DNA of 64,000 nucleotides. It comes from Octopus bimaculoides. Taxonomy: Eukaryota. The stretch is from assembly GCF_001194135.2 (NCBI RefSeq), contig NC_068988.1:71587508-71651507 (forward strand). The letters run 5' to 3'. Both the position numbers and the translations under genes were made by a program. Below, one piece after another: positions 63,678 through 64,000 of this stretch. The notes under the pieces are model-generated. The model saw nothing but the letters and a program-made list of their open reading frames with translations, ran no database searches and was not told where the DNA came from. Within the stretch, counting starts at the first letter, position 1. Every line of letters starts with the position of its first letter.

Positions 63678-64000
63678 ATTATTATTATTATTATTCAGTA
63701 GTTTTATTTTTATAGCGTGCTTTCACTTCACTACCGAGCGCAGCTCTGTGCGCCTTGGCTATGTGCTGTGGTTTGCTGTGGTGCTCTTATGTTTACTGTA
63801 TTGAAAGTGTTTTGCGTAGAATGTGTGCAGTACCCAGTAGTGCAATTTTCTGTATGTTATATATATTTGTAAGTCCTGGTGTTTTTGTTATGTATTTGTC
63901 TGAATATTTTTTTATTATACCTAAGGCACCTACTATGATAGGAATTGTTTCTGTTTTTAGATTCCACATTCGAGTTATCTCTATTTCCAGGTCTTTGTAT
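63678..64000 (-). mobile_element. Second R4/Dong-like LINE 3' end (runs off window)
   Basis: Reverse complement nearly identical to 42230-42557; stop at 63793-95; (AAT)n tail at 63678-63695, abutting the 63526-63677 repeat. Confidence 0.85.

Overview
AT-rich, microsatellite-rich eukaryotic scaffold with about 11 assembly gaps (N runs). The SINE and repeat complement resembles a cephalopod (Octopus-like) genome; this is pattern recognition, not a database result. No host gene or prokaryotic system can be firmly called. The window is a nested transposon graveyard: several Penelope-like elements (PLEs, Penelope/Poseidon-type and Neptune-type), Tx1/L1, RTE and R4/Dong-type LINE remnants, an internally deleted Ty3/Gypsy element with both LTRs, mariner, maT, Tigger-like and Chapaev3-like DNA transposons, two non-autonomous Helitrons, many tRNA-derived SINEs and two tRNA pseudogenes. 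The main signal lies outside the ORF track: a small PLE-terminal-repeat family carrying a minimal type-I hammerhead ribozyme (GACAC-CUGANGA-A-GGCUG..CAGCC-GAAAC-GUU-GUGUU). It occurs five times, three copies have 9-12 bp target-site duplications and fixed ends, one is a 620-bp two-hammerhead fold-back that splits a Gypsy pol, and two copies show a tRNA-like A/B-box head fused upstream of the hammerhead repeat. A second, unrelated hammerhead lies downstream of a Neptune-type PLE, and a third, degenerate candidate has an extended stem II. All coordinates were read by eye and ends are approximate unless termini or TSDs are quoted.
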